A stretch of DNA of 64,000 nucleotides, taken from contig CAZCNB010000003.1 in the NCBI GenBank assembly GCA_964500465.1, forward strand, positions 13,882 to 77,881, written 5' to 3'. Positions 30,561 through 40,123 of this stretch are shown in pieces (position 1 is the first letter of the stretch; each line of letters opens with the position of its first letter). Position numbers and translations under genes: made by a program. The notes under the pieces are model-generated. The model ran no database searches, had not been told where the DNA came from, and worked only from the letters and a program-made list of their open reading frames with translations. The DNA is from an uncultured Candidatus Saccharibacteria bacterium. GTDB lineage: Bacteria > Patescibacteriota > Minisyncoccia > Phycocordibacterales > UBA9973.

Positions 30561-31859
30561 CTAAGCTAACTTTTCTTTAATATAATCAATAATTTCAGTC
30601 TTTTTTATTCTATCTTGTGATCCGGTATCTCTATCGCGTATAGTTACTGAATCATCATTTAAGGTATCATAATCGATAACCACACACCACGGTGTACCTA
30701 TCTCGTCTTGTCTCCTGTAACGTTTACCAATATTTCCATTATCATCCCACATAACTCTTCCAAACTCTCCTTTTAGCATTCCATAAACTATTCGAGCTTG
30801 ATCTACTAATTCTGGTTTGTTTTTTACAAGAGGAGAAACTGCACATATAATAGGAGCGACATTAGGTTTGAAGGCAAGATAGCTTCTAGTTTCATTGTTT
30901 TGTTCATCTTCTTTGTACGCTGAAAGAAGAAGTGCAAGTAGCATACGATCTACTCCCATTGATGGCTCAATTACATGTGGAACTATCTTTTCTTTCATTT
31001 CTTCGTCAATATATTCAAGTTTATGATTTTCTAAATCGAAACTTCCTCTGTAAGCAAGACCAAATAATTCTTTTTGACCAAAAGGATATTCGAATTCAAA
31101 ATCAATTGTGCGCTTAGAATAATGGGCTCTATCTCCATCACCTATTTCGATTTCATGGACTAGATTCATATCAAGACCAAGCTCTTCAACAAATTCTGTA
31201 ACCACATCTTTCCAGTATGTAAAATATTTATCCCAATCTTCTGACCTTATAAAATATTCTATTTCCATTTGTTCGAACTCACGGACACGAAAGATAAAAT
31301 CTCTAGGTGTAATCTCGTTTCTAAATGCTTTACCTATCTGAGCAATACCGAACGGTAACTTTGGATGGAAAGAATCAACAACATTTTTAAAATTTACAAA
31401 TACTCCTTGAGCAGTTTCAGGGCGAAGATATACCGTAGCAGACGAATCTTCCATAGCTCCGATTTGAGTTTTAAACATCATATTGAATTGGCGAGATTCA
31501 CCAAGATTACCATCGCAGTCAGGACATTTTTTGGGATCTTCTAGTTGATCAGCTCTAAATCTGTGGTGGCATTTACTACATTCAACAAGTGGATCTGAAA
31601 ACCCAGCAACATGCCCAGATGCTTCCCATACTTTTGAATTCATCAAAATAGCGGCATCAACTTCATACATATCTGCACGTGAAGATACAAACTTTTTTCT
31701 CCATAAATCTTTTATATTGTTCTTTAAAGCTACTCCGAGAGGTCCGTAGTCCCAAGTTCCTCCAAGGCCTCCATATATCTCAGAACCTTGGTATATAAAA
31801 CCTCTCCTCTTCGCAAGAGAAGCAATCTTATCCATTAAGTTTTCTTGTGATTTATCCAT
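30561..31859 (-). CDS. glyQS: Glycyl-tRNA synthetase, alpha2 type
   Basis: EIYGG, LRPETAQG, GKAFRNEI, REFEQMEIE, IEPS.G.DR, anticodon-binding domain. Confidence 0.96.
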   Translation of the reverse strand: MDKSQENLMDKIASLAKRRGFIYQGSEIYGGLGGTWDYGPLGVALKNNIKDLWRKKFVSSRADMYEVDAAILMNSKVWEASGHVAGFSDPLVECSKCHHRFRADQLEDPKKCPDCDGNLGESRQFNMMFKTQIGAMEDSSATVYLRPETAQGVFVNFKNVVDSFHPKLPFGIAQIGKAFRNEITPRDFIFRVREFEQMEIEYFIRSEDWDKYFTYWKDVVTEFVEELGLDMNLVHEIEIGDGDRAHYSKRTIDFEFEYPFGQKELFGLAYRGSFDLENHKLEYIDEEMKEKIVPHVIEPSMGVDRMLLALLLSAYKEDEQNNETRSYLAFKPNVAPIICAVSPLVKNKPELVDQARIVYGMLKGEFGRVMWDDNGNIGKRYRRQDEIGTPWCVVIDYDTLNDDSVTIRDRDTGSQDRIKKTEIIDYIKEKLA

Positions 31860-31862
31860 ATA

Positions 31863-33767
31863 CTATTGTATAACACGTTCTTGCCCAGGTTTAAAGTATG
31901 GGTCATCTCGTAATAATGTTGTAATAGGACCACGCTTACTTTTTACTGTTGTATTTGTAAACATGTCTGTACCAGAAAGATACACATCTTTCATAAGCTG
32001 TGGAACACTTCCGATTTGAGAACTTGAAGGAGAAAGTGATAGAGTAAACGTAACTTCACGATTTCCATCTATTCCAGTATTAGGTCTAACAGTTCCTATA
32101 TCCCATAGAACTTCGTGTGTGACATCATTGTAAGACACTTTTTCTTTACCATCTCCAACAGCTCCTACCCATCTAATATATATAGGTAGAGAAGATCTAG
32201 CTTGAGCTTGATTTATGGTATTAGCTGAATTTGAAAGTGTCCAGGTTACATTATATCTTGTTTCATTTTCAGCTTTTGGTGGAATAGGACCTGACAGAGC
32301 CGATGCAGATGATGCAATCTGGAAATCCGAAGTTAACTTAACAATCTTTTTTGTAAAATCATCTACACTACTTGAAGAACCTTCAGAAGGTTGTTTACCT
32401 CTAATACTTACTTGTAATACCACTTGCGGTTCTTTAATAGAATTACGAGAACCGACAAGAGAGACCGGTTTAAAATTAAATCCAACAACACCACTTGCTC
32501 CTGGCTCTATAGAAGCAAGTTCTGGAATAGTATTTTTATCCCAAACAATCTGATTATTTGCAGAGTCATAGAACCCTTCAAGTGGATTTACTTCACTTTT
32601 ATCAAAAACATTCCCAGAAAATCCTAAGATGATTTGAGCATCAGTTATTCGAGTTTGTAAGTTATTTGACCAAGCAATTTCTCCATCAACTTGTTCACCT
32701 CCTGAAGCTGTATATGTAGGCAGATCTTGGCCACCAACCAAAATACGAGCTTCTAAGAATGGCTTAGTAAGTGATATTGTTTTCAAGAGTGAGTTATAAA
32801 CAACATTTACTACAGATTGATCACTAGGGCTTGTAGTACCAGCATAAACATGGAAAACTTGTTCATCACCATCTTGACCTATCAAACGCCCTTTTATATC
32901 TATAGAAATAGGATTAGTTTGAGTTAACCCATCAAGGTTCCATATAGTATTACCAAAAGAAGGAGCTGGGGTTGCACTTTCAAAGGCAAAGTTATTTGGA
33001 TATGTTACCTGAAGCATAGTTGCACCTTCTGGAAGAGTAGTATTTAACGTTACTTTTACCTTAAAAGAAATAACCTGATCCGAAGTAGCTGTATCTGGAG
33101 CTTCTACGATTAGTGAAAGTGGGGCGGAGCTTATTGATACAGGGTAATCTTTTTCTTTTGCAAATATTGCATTTGATCCCTCTGGATGATATTCGAGTGT
33201 AACCTTAATGTTTCTAATCGATTTTTCTTCTCCAAAAAGTGTAACTTTCTTACTAAGCGTTACACTTGAACCCTTTTTAATTAAACCAATATTTTCACGA
33301 GGAAGGCGGACCATATCGTTCGGATTATCACTTGCGCCACGTGGATATTCTACAACTAAGTTAGCAAGTTCCAAATTTGCATTGTTGCGATTTGTTATCT
33401 CTATCTGTAACGGTAATTCATCTCCCCCTTTTGTAAATGCATTACCTAAAACTTTTATATCGATATTTTCATTTGAAACAGACACTCCACCATTTAGAAA
33501 CATGTATGTAGAAAAAAGTATCGCTCCAATAAAGAATATTAGTGCAACAAAAAAGAATTTCTTAAACACAGAGGTATGAGGTTTTTTAGTAGAAGTATTT
33601 GGTAATGTATTATCAGAACTTTCAGATTCACCATGCCAACTAGTTGGTACTGGATGAGCAACAGGATGGAGAGTTCCTGCATGAGGACGATTAGTGACTT
33701 TATCTTCACGATCATAAAGTCTTCGCTTAATATCTTCTATTCGACTCCTATATTCATTTTCTGCCAT
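31863..33767 (-). CDS. Single-pass membrane protein with multiple Ig-like beta-sandwich domains
   Basis: One TM, then repeated beta-rich segments with W.I/L..L/V.P motifs (DUF11-like). Confidence 0.65.
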   Translation of the reverse strand: MAENEYRSRIEDIKRRLYDREDKVTNRPHAGTLHPVAHPVPTSWHGESESSDNTLPNTSTKKPHTSVFKKFFFVALIFFIGAILFSTYMFLNGGVSVSNENIDIKVLGNAFTKGGDELPLQIEITNRNNANLELANLVVEYPRGASDNPNDMVRLPRENIGLIKKGSSVTLSKKVTLFGEEKSIRNIKVTLEYHPEGSNAIFAKEKDYPVSISSAPLSLIVEAPDTATSDQVISFKVKVTLNTTLPEGATMLQVTYPNNFAFESATPAPSFGNTIWNLDGLTQTNPISIDIKGRLIGQDGDEQVFHVYAGTTSPSDQSVVNVVYNSLLKTISLTKPFLEARILVGGQDLPTYTASGGEQVDGEIAWSNNLQTRITDAQIILGFSGNVFDKSEVNPLEGFYDSANNQIVWDKNTIPELASIEPGASGVVGFNFKPVSLVGSRNSIKEPQVVLQVSIRGKQPSEGSSSSVDDFTKKIVKLTSDFQIASSASALSGPIPPKAENETRYNVTWTLSNSANTINQAQARSSLPIYIRWVGAVGDGKEKVSYNDVTHEVLWDIGTVRPNTGIDGNREVTFTLSLSPSSSQIGSVPQLMKDVYLSGTDMFTNTTVKSKRGPITTLLRDDPYFKPGQERVIQ

Positions 33768-33798
33768 ATGTTATAAGAACTATTATACCACAAGAGTT

Positions 33799-34383
33799 TT
33801 AAAGACCGCTCTCACTCATAGCCTTGTTTATATAGGCTATTATAGATTTACGCTCCCTTAGAAGGCTTTCGACTTTGATTTTCTCGAAAGGAAGCGATAA
33901 GTACTCGCCTAATATATCAGATTCGCCCACATACCCAAGTGTGTTCATAATTCGCAAAACTAAATGTAGTTCTAGTGCTTCCCTTTTTTCAATAGAAATT
34001 TGCTCATCATCCATCAGATATAGAGATTGAATGAAGTCATCAAAAATTTTCTCATTTGATTCTTCTCCATCACAAAGTCTTTCTATAAGTTTACTAATCC
34101 GAGCAATAAGAAGAATTGATTGCTTATCTCTACGAGCGTAGGAAAATGAATTAATATTACTTGCAGAAGTAACTCTCCAAAGATCCCTACCCCGTACAAG
34201 ATCTACTTTTACATATGAAAAATCTTGCAAAGCAAAGCGGAGTTTTGACTTGTTGAGTCTTACACCTTGTGCGGCGCACCTGATCAACCCCATCTCACGA
34301 GTATAAATTGATAGCATCTTATTAGCCTCACCCATATTGCGAGAACCTAATATAAAACCATGAGTGTGATAAATATGGTGCAT
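33799..34383 (-). CDS. recO: DNA repair protein RecO (short)
   Basis: GEANK...YTREMG...AQGVR..KSKLR N-terminal OB pattern. Confidence 0.85.
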   Translation of the reverse strand: MHHIYHTHGFILGSRNMGEANKMLSIYTREMGLIRCAAQGVRLNKSKLRFALQDFSYVKVDLVRGRDLWRVTSASNINSFSYARRDKQSILLIARISKLIERLCDGEESNEKIFDDFIQSLYLMDDEQISIEKREALELHLVLRIMNTLGYVGESDILGEYLSLPFEKIKVESLLRERKSIIAYINKAMSESGL

Positions 34384-34955
34384 TATTCTTTTATCATTTT
34401 TAATAAAGCTTCTAATGCTTCTGGAAGTTCATACCAACCAGAAGAACCGTTTAGATGTCCACCATTTTTTATTGGTATAAGTTGACAAGATAAATTTCTT
34501 GAAAGTTCTTGTGCTTGTTCGAAAGGTACGGCTGTATCATTATCGCCATGAATCACAAAAAAATTATTGCATATTTTTTTTATATGTTCATAATTAAACT
34601 CTTTTTCATAGAAGTGATTTATTGGGATATATCTATCTTTGCCTGGAATTGGATGTATTATCCCTGAAACCAAAACAGCACCACCAATTTTTAATTCAGG
34701 ATATAATGTCTCTAAATAATTTAAAACAGCAGGAACTCCAAGAGAATGCCCAACCAAATATACATCTTCACTCGGAATTCCAATACTATTTTTTATTGTT
34801 TCAACCCATTCATCTTTGATTGGTTTTTCATCTATCATTGGCATAGCAAGAGCGCATGCCCATATTTCTTCACGCGCAAGCTTCCCCATCAACCAAGGTC
34901 TCCAACCTCCATTTGGTTCTCCTCCATAACCATGTATCAAAAATACCTTTTTCAT
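34383..34955 (-). CDS. RBBP9/YdeN family alpha/beta hydrolase
   Basis: IHGY, W.PWL, VGHSLG, DND.AV, GGH triad. Confidence 0.9.
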   Translation of the reverse strand: MKKVFLIHGYGGEPNGGWRPWLMGKLAREEIWACALAMPMIDEKPIKDEWVETIKNSIGIPSEDVYLVGHSLGVPAVLNYLETLYPELKIGGAVLVSGIIHPIPGKDRYIPINHFYEKEFNYEHIKKICNNFFVIHGDNDTAVPFEQAQELSRNLSCQLIPIKNGGHLNGSSGWYELPEALEALLKMIKE

Positions 34956-35344
34956 AAACTTGTTTTAAGAAAATTATCTAATTCTTCTAGATCTTTTTTA
35001 TTTTCATCATATAAGTAACTATTAATACCGGCTAATTGAGCACTTTTTACTGCTTCTATGTCATGCTCAAAATAGATTACATCTTCTGGTTTCAAGTTGT
35101 ATTCTGCAAGAAAAATTTCAAAATATTTTGGGTCAATTTTATCTGGATTATGCTTAAGTGTAAAAAACTCGTATGGCAGATTATTTAAACCATATAACTC
35201 AAATTTATCATCACTTGCATTAGTAAGAACTATCTTTTTATTTGGATACTTTTCTAATAATTCATACATGTTATTATTAAGCTCAAATTTATCTCCAACT
35301 TTTAAAATAAAAGTATATACTGCATCTACTAATATTATCTTCAT
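34952..35344 (-). CDS. Minimal HAD-like protein
   Basis: IILVDAV, VLTNA, K.DP.YF, YFEHD..AV..A..AGI. Confidence 0.7.
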   Translation of the reverse strand: MKIILVDAVYTFILKVGDKFELNNNMYELLEKYPNKKIVLTNASDDKFELYGLNNLPYEFFTLKHNPDKIDPKYFEIFLAEYNLKPEDVIYFEHDIEAVKSAQLAGINSYLYDENKKDLEELDNFLKTSL

Positions 35345-35345
35345 T

Positions 35346-35969
35346 CTATGATTTTAACACATTTTCTATAGCTTGAACCAACTCTCCTGGATTATCGATA
35401 ATAGCCATTGGTCTCCCTTTTTCCATATGTTTACTACTATGTAATCCCCAAGTTACACCTATTGAAGATATATTACATTCATTGGCTTCTTTTATGTCTC
35501 CCAAGGTATCAGTAATAAAAATACAATCTTGTGGTAATGCTTTATATTGATCTAAAATCATACCAATTTTAATTACCTTACTTTTATGTATATCCGCACC
35601 ATATATATCCGAGAAAAAATCAAGAGTTTTCTCTCTTTCTAAAAAACTTTTTATAAAATCACTCCTAGTAGAAGAAACAATAACTAGGGTGTAATTTTCT
35701 GATAGGGTTTTTATAGAATTAAAAAGTGATTCATGTATATTGGTTTTTTCTAGATTATTCTGGTACTGTTCATAAAAATCTTTTGGGTGAATATGCTCAC
35801 CTTTTGTAACTGCATTATTGTATCCATCATGAAAATTTCCATTAGATAATGCTTGAAAAGATTCCCAAGAAAAATCTGGATTTACATCCTTGTGGATTTT
35901 ATATGAGTACTCAATAGTATTTGCAAGTACCCCATCAAAATCAAACATCACTATTTTTTTATTTTTCAT
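35346..35969 (-). CDS. HAD-superfamily phosphatase
   Basis: FDFDGVL, IVSS, K, TDT.GD, GVTWG. Confidence 0.88.
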   Translation of the reverse strand: MKNKKIVMFDFDGVLANTIEYSYKIHKDVNPDFSWESFQALSNGNFHDGYNNAVTKGEHIHPKDFYEQYQNNLEKTNIHESLFNSIKTLSENYTLVIVSSTRSDFIKSFLEREKTLDFFSDIYGADIHKSKVIKIGMILDQYKALPQDCIFITDTLGDIKEANECNISSIGVTWGLHSSKHMEKGRPMAIIDNPGELVQAIENVLKS

Positions 35970-35970
35970 C

Positions 35971-38900
35971 TTAAGATATTGTTATAGTAAAGATCAGTTC
36001 ATCGATCTTTACTTCTACCCCACTATTTTCAGCTATATCAATCCGCTCTGCGCCTACAATTTTCAAAAGTTCGTCTTTCCAAGTATTGATCAAATCCTGT
36101 CCATCTACACTTGTTGCAATTTTTAGAGTTACTACATCGCTTGGATTTAACCCTTTTTCTTTTCGCATATCTTGAATAGCTCTTATGAGTTCACGATATT
36201 GTCCCTCTTTTTTCAAATCAAGAGTTATATGAGCATCCAACACAACAGGACCATCTATAGATTCATTATAAATAACTTCTTTTATATTTAACTCATCTTT
36301 AACAATCTCTACAAAAGGGTCATTCAAAACATAGCTCTTTACGCTTAGAGACTTTAAGGGTTGGCGAACTTTGATACCTGCTTTCTGACGAGCTTCAAGC
36401 CCTAGGGTTACCACATGACGAACGATACTCATTTCTGAAATTATATTTTCATCAATCTGCTCTACCTTAGGCCAATCTGAAAGGTGCACACTTTCAACAT
36501 CTTTACTATTTTTTAACTTTTGCCAAATACTCTCTGCTATAAAAGGAGTAAACGGAGCCATAAGTTTAACTGTTGTTTTTATAACTTTATATAAAGTTTC
36601 TTTTGCATCCTTATCTCCATCTTTTAATCTTTCTCTTGAGCGACGAAGATACCATGTAGAAAGATCTTCTATAAATAGATCAAACGGTCTTGTGGAAAGT
36701 GACATGTCATACATTTCCATATTTTTTGTAACTTCGTCTATAAGTTGTCCTAATCGAGCATTTATCCATCTGTCCAAAACATTTTCACTTTTACTTTCTC
36801 CACTATTCTCAAAATTAGTATCTCGATACAATTCGTAGAATGTTACTACGTTTTCAAAGCGAGAAATTATTTTACTTGCAATATCTTGGACTGATTTTTC
36901 AGAGAAATTTACATCTTCCCCTTTCATTACAGGACAAGACATTAAGTAGAAACGTAGTGCGTCTACCCCATATTTATCGAAAAGTATCCATGGATCAGGA
37001 AAATTGTTTTTAGATTTAGACATTTTCTGACCATCTTCAGCCAAAATTGTTCCAGTTGTAACAATATTTTCAAATGGTGCTTTTCCAAACAAAATAGTTG
37101 AAATTGTGTGAGTATAGTAAAACCATGTCCTCGTCTGAGCTATATATTCTGCCACAAATCCTGCTGGGAAATTGGTTTTTTGCCAATCTTCCCTTTCGAA
37201 TGGGAAATGATCTTGAGCGAAAGGCATTGAACCAGATTCAAACCAACAGTCTATAACCTCAGGAATACGGTAATATTCTTCTCCATCTTTTTCAATAGGG
37301 ACAAAATCAATATACGGCCTATGAAAATCTAGATCGTAGTCTTTGTTATGAGGAAAATACGTAAAAGGCAATTCTTGTACTTGCGCATTATTAAGATAGT
37401 TGTAATTCTCTTTATTTCTGATTAGTTCAAGCGTCTCTTCTATGCTAAATAAAGATGCGCCAGCTATCATAAGCCATGCGGGGCCTCCATGGGTAACTAT
37501 TAGAATTTTTTTATTTTTATATTGTTCTTCAAGTTGGAATAAAAAACTCATCGCTCGGCGCTTAACATCTAGATAAGACTCGTTCCCCTCTGGAGCATTT
37601 GCAAAATTTTCAACTGTTTTTGGATAAAGAGTATGATACTCTGCCCATGTACGACCTTCATACATAGGTAGAGATATCTCATGAAGTCGATCATCGAGAA
37701 TTATTTGCTCATCAGATAGACCTAAAATATCTTGAACTATTTTTGTTGTTTCCCTTGTACGATTAAACGGAGAAGTAATTATAAGATCTATGCCTTTATC
37801 TTTCATATCAAGAGCACTGGCGCGCACTTGTTCTTGTCCTTTTTCTGTAAGGTGACTACCGCTGTTTGTAACAGTATTTACAACATTTTTTACATTATGA
37901 TTTGTCTCACCATGGCGCATCACAAAATAAGTATTGCCAGATTTTTTGGTATGAGCTTTTAATTCTTCATTAGATTTTATAAACAAAATTTCACCAGCCT
38001 TATTTTTCCAAATAGGAAGTGGGCTTGCCCAATAACGATTACGGGATATAGTCCAATCTGGAGCACTTTCCATGGTATTTTTGAATCTGCCTTCTTTTAA
38101 GTGAGATGGTATCCAATTCATGGATTTGGCACTTGAAAGCATTTCATCTTTTGATTTTTGAATATTCACAAACCACGAAGGAAGTGCGTAGTACAAAAGT
38201 GGCGTATCGCATCTATAACAATGAGGATATGAGTGTATTATTTTTTCTTTTGCAAAAAGAGCACCTGCGTGAGCAAGGTATTTGATAATGGCTATATCAG
38301 TAGATTGATGATCTTCTTTTGGCTTTGCTTTCATTCCTATAAAATCTGTGACAATATTTGAAAACACTCCATTGTGTTCAACATGGCGTATAAAAGATAT
38401 ATGATTCTCTTCCGCGAGTTTCATGTCTTCTTCTCCGAATGCTGGAGCTTCATGAGCAATACCTGTTCCTTTATCTATAGTTACAAAATCGGCATGCCAA
38501 ACTCTCCATATATTATTTTTACCCGGAATATCAATATCTTTGTAATAAGTAAACACTGGCTCATATGTAAGACCTGTAAGCTCATGCCCTTCAACTTTTT
38601 TTACAAATTCTGGATTTACAAACTTATCTTTTAACTTTTCATATGATTCAGGAGTTAAAATCAATATTTCTTTTCCAGTTTCAGGGGTATGAGATATAAA
38701 TACGTAAGAAAGATTATTGTTTACTGCGATTGCGGTATTGCCTGGTAGTGTCCATGGAGTCGTGGTCCAAGCCAAAAGATATGTTGGAATTTCAGAATCT
38801 ATATTTAATTTAAATTTTACATAAACAGATATATCTGTTATATCTTTATAGCTGTTATCCATAGCAATTTCAGAATTTGCTATTGGTGTCTCACAACGTG

Positions 38901-39483
38901 GACAATATGCGAGAACCCTAACACCTTCATATAGAAGACCTTTTTTATTCATTTCACCAAGCGCCCACCATACACTCTCTATAAAAGAGTTATCCATTGT
39001 TTTGTAAGAATTTTCAAAATCAACCCAGCGACCGATTCGATCTACTGTTTTTTTCCATTCAGAAACATATGTTAAAACTTTACTACGAGCATGCTCAGTG
39101 AATTTTTCAACACCAAACTTTTCTATTTCCTTTTTACCAGAAATACCTAGATCTTTTTCCACTATATTCTCAATAGGTAATCCATGACAATCCCAACCCC
39201 AACGACGTGGTACTCTGAAACCTCTCATAGTCTGATAGCGACCAATAACATCTTTGGCAGTGGAACCAAGTATGTGACCATAGTGAGGAAGTCCAGTTGC
39301 AAATGGTGGTCCATCGTAGAAAACGTAATTTCCTTTTGGAGCATCTTTATCTAAACTTTTTTTGAAAGTATCATTCTCCTTCCAGAAATTTAAAATTTCT
39401 TCTTCGCGAATTGCAATGGAAGATTTTTTATTATCTATTTCTTTTGAATATCCTTTTGTTGGTTTTTCTTCGTTTCCTTGCAT
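35971..39483 (-). CDS. ileS: Isoleucyl-tRNA synthetase type 2 with inserted histidine-phosphatase domain
   Basis: DGPPFATGLPHYGH, GWDCHGLP, WTTTPWTLP, KMSKS; insert with RHG..SP..R..THG at ~37363-37935; ATG at 39483 because the upstream extension lies in the T-box. Confidence 0.95.
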   Translation of the reverse strand: MQGNEEKPTKGYSKEIDNKKSSIAIREEEILNFWKENDTFKKSLDKDAPKGNYVFYDGPPFATGLPHYGHILGSTAKDVIGRYQTMRGFRVPRRWGWDCHGLPIENIVEKDLGISGKKEIEKFGVEKFTEHARSKVLTYVSEWKKTVDRIGRWVDFENSYKTMDNSFIESVWWALGEMNKKGLLYEGVRVLAYCPRCETPIANSEIAMDNSYKDITDISVYVKFKLNIDSEIPTYLLAWTTTPWTLPGNTAIAVNNNLSYVFISHTPETGKEILILTPESYEKLKDKFVNPEFVKKVEGHELTGLTYEPVFTYYKDIDIPGKNNIWRVWHADFVTIDKGTGIAHEAPAFGEEDMKLAEENHISFIRHVEHNGVFSNIVTDFIGMKAKPKEDHQSTDIAIIKYLAHAGALFAKEKIIHSYPHCYRCDTPLLYYALPSWFVNIQKSKDEMLSSAKSMNWIPSHLKEGRFKNTMESAPDWTISRNRYWASPLPIWKNKAGEILFIKSNEELKAHTKKSGNTYFVMRHGETNHNVKNVVNTVTNSGSHLTEKGQEQVRASALDMKDKGIDLIITSPFNRTRETTKIVQDILGLSDEQIILDDRLHEISLPMYEGRTWAEYHTLYPKTVENFANAPEGNESYLDVKRRAMSFLFQLEEQYKNKKILIVTHGGPAWLMIAGASLFSIEETLELIRNKENYNYLNNAQVQELPFTYFPHNKDYDLDFHRPYIDFVPIEKDGEEYYRIPEVIDCWFESGSMPFAQDHFPFEREDWQKTNFPAGFVAEYIAQTRTWFYYTHTISTILFGKAPFENIVTTGTILAEDGQKMSKSKNNFPDPWILFDKYGVDALRFYLMSCPVMKGEDVNFSEKSVQDIASKIISRFENVVTFYELYRDTNFENSGESKSENVLDRWINARLGQLIDEVTKNMEMYDMSLSTRPFDLFIEDLSTWYLRRSRERLKDGDKDAKETLYKVIKTTVKLMAPFTPFIAESIWQKLKNSKDVESVHLSDWPKVEQIDENIISEMSIVRHVVTLGLEARQKAGIKVRQPLKSLSVKSYVLNDPFVEIVKDELNIKEVIYNESIDGPVVLDAHITLDLKKEGQYRELIRAIQDMRKEKGLNPSDVVTLKIATSVDGQDLINTWKDELLKIVGAERIDIAENSGVEVKIDELIFTITIS

Positions 39484-39487
39484 ATAT

Positions 39488-39641
39488 AAAATAAAAACTC
39501 GTCCGCGTACAACAATTATAATAATTGCTATACAAGGACGAGTTTCTCGTGGTACCACCTTGCTTACTTCTCATTTTGTAGGGCTCTACTTCCAAAAAGG
39601 TTTCTTCCCCAAGCTCCAGAGTGATATCTCTTTCATCGCTT
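39488..39641 (-). promoter_or_regulatory. ileS T-box riboswitch (ultrashort Stem I, Stem II, antiterminator, terminator)
   Basis: Minus strand AAGCGAUGAA-AGAG-AUAUCA-CUCU-GGAGCUU; GGGG-AAGAA..AGUAGAG-CCCU; CAAGG-UGGUACC-ACG..CGU-CCUUG; long terminator ending GGACGAGUUUUUAUUUU. Confidence 0.9.
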
Positions 39642-39715
39642 ATATTTAAAGATTACTATATAAAACACATTTTTGCAAAGCTTGCATTTTATTTATCAAA
39701 TATATAATATGAATT

Positions 39716-39886
39716 TGACATTGTAACTTACCTGAGGGGCTAACTAATATTTACAGTTTCCACTGTTTTGTGAAGTCGGTGAAAACGGAACGTGCTCACA
39801 CCGAAACTACATAAAAATTAATTTAGTACACCTCTAGGGAGACAATGGGCCAATGACCTGAGGAAGGTTATTGGCTCTATTTTTTT
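39716..39886 (+). ncRNA. Structured ncRNA candidate A (6S-like or unknown) with own terminator
   Basis: Promoter TTGCAT-17-TAATAT; ends pair (CATTGT/ACAATG, CCT-GAGG/CCTC-T-AGG); apical TCGGTG/CACCGA; terminator GGGCCAATGACC/GGTTATTGGCTC + T run. Confidence 0.6.
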
Positions 39887-39921
39887 ACTTGCATTATTTC
39901 TAAAAAGAAGTAGTATACAAA

Positions 39922-40120
39922 CCAAGCTGAACCTTCTCCTGTTTTTAGGTGAATATGAAGGGTTATCCTAATGCAGTCTATGATCTCGGAAAAGTCCTTC
40001 GCAATGAAAAACCGAGGTATCTACTTGCATAGATTGTCTCCTAAAGACAATGTGCTCAGCCAGATGCTACATTGGCCCGGTGATGCGTACCCAAAAAGTA
40101 CGTTGACCCGGGCATTTTTT
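39922..40120 (+). ncRNA. Structured ncRNA candidate B (6S-like or unknown) with own terminator
   Basis: Promoter TTGCAT-16-TAGTAT; nested stems GCTGA/TCAGC, TGTTTTTAGG/CCTAAAGACA, GCAGTCTATG/CATAGATTGT, CTCGG/CCGAG; terminator GCCCGG..CCGGGC + T run. Confidence 0.6.
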
Positions 40121-40123
40121 ATT

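Noticed and set aside
39484-39558. N-terminal extension of ileS in the ORF track (MVPRETRPC...)
   Set aside because: It runs through the T-box antiterminator and terminator; ATG at 39483 is the plausible start.
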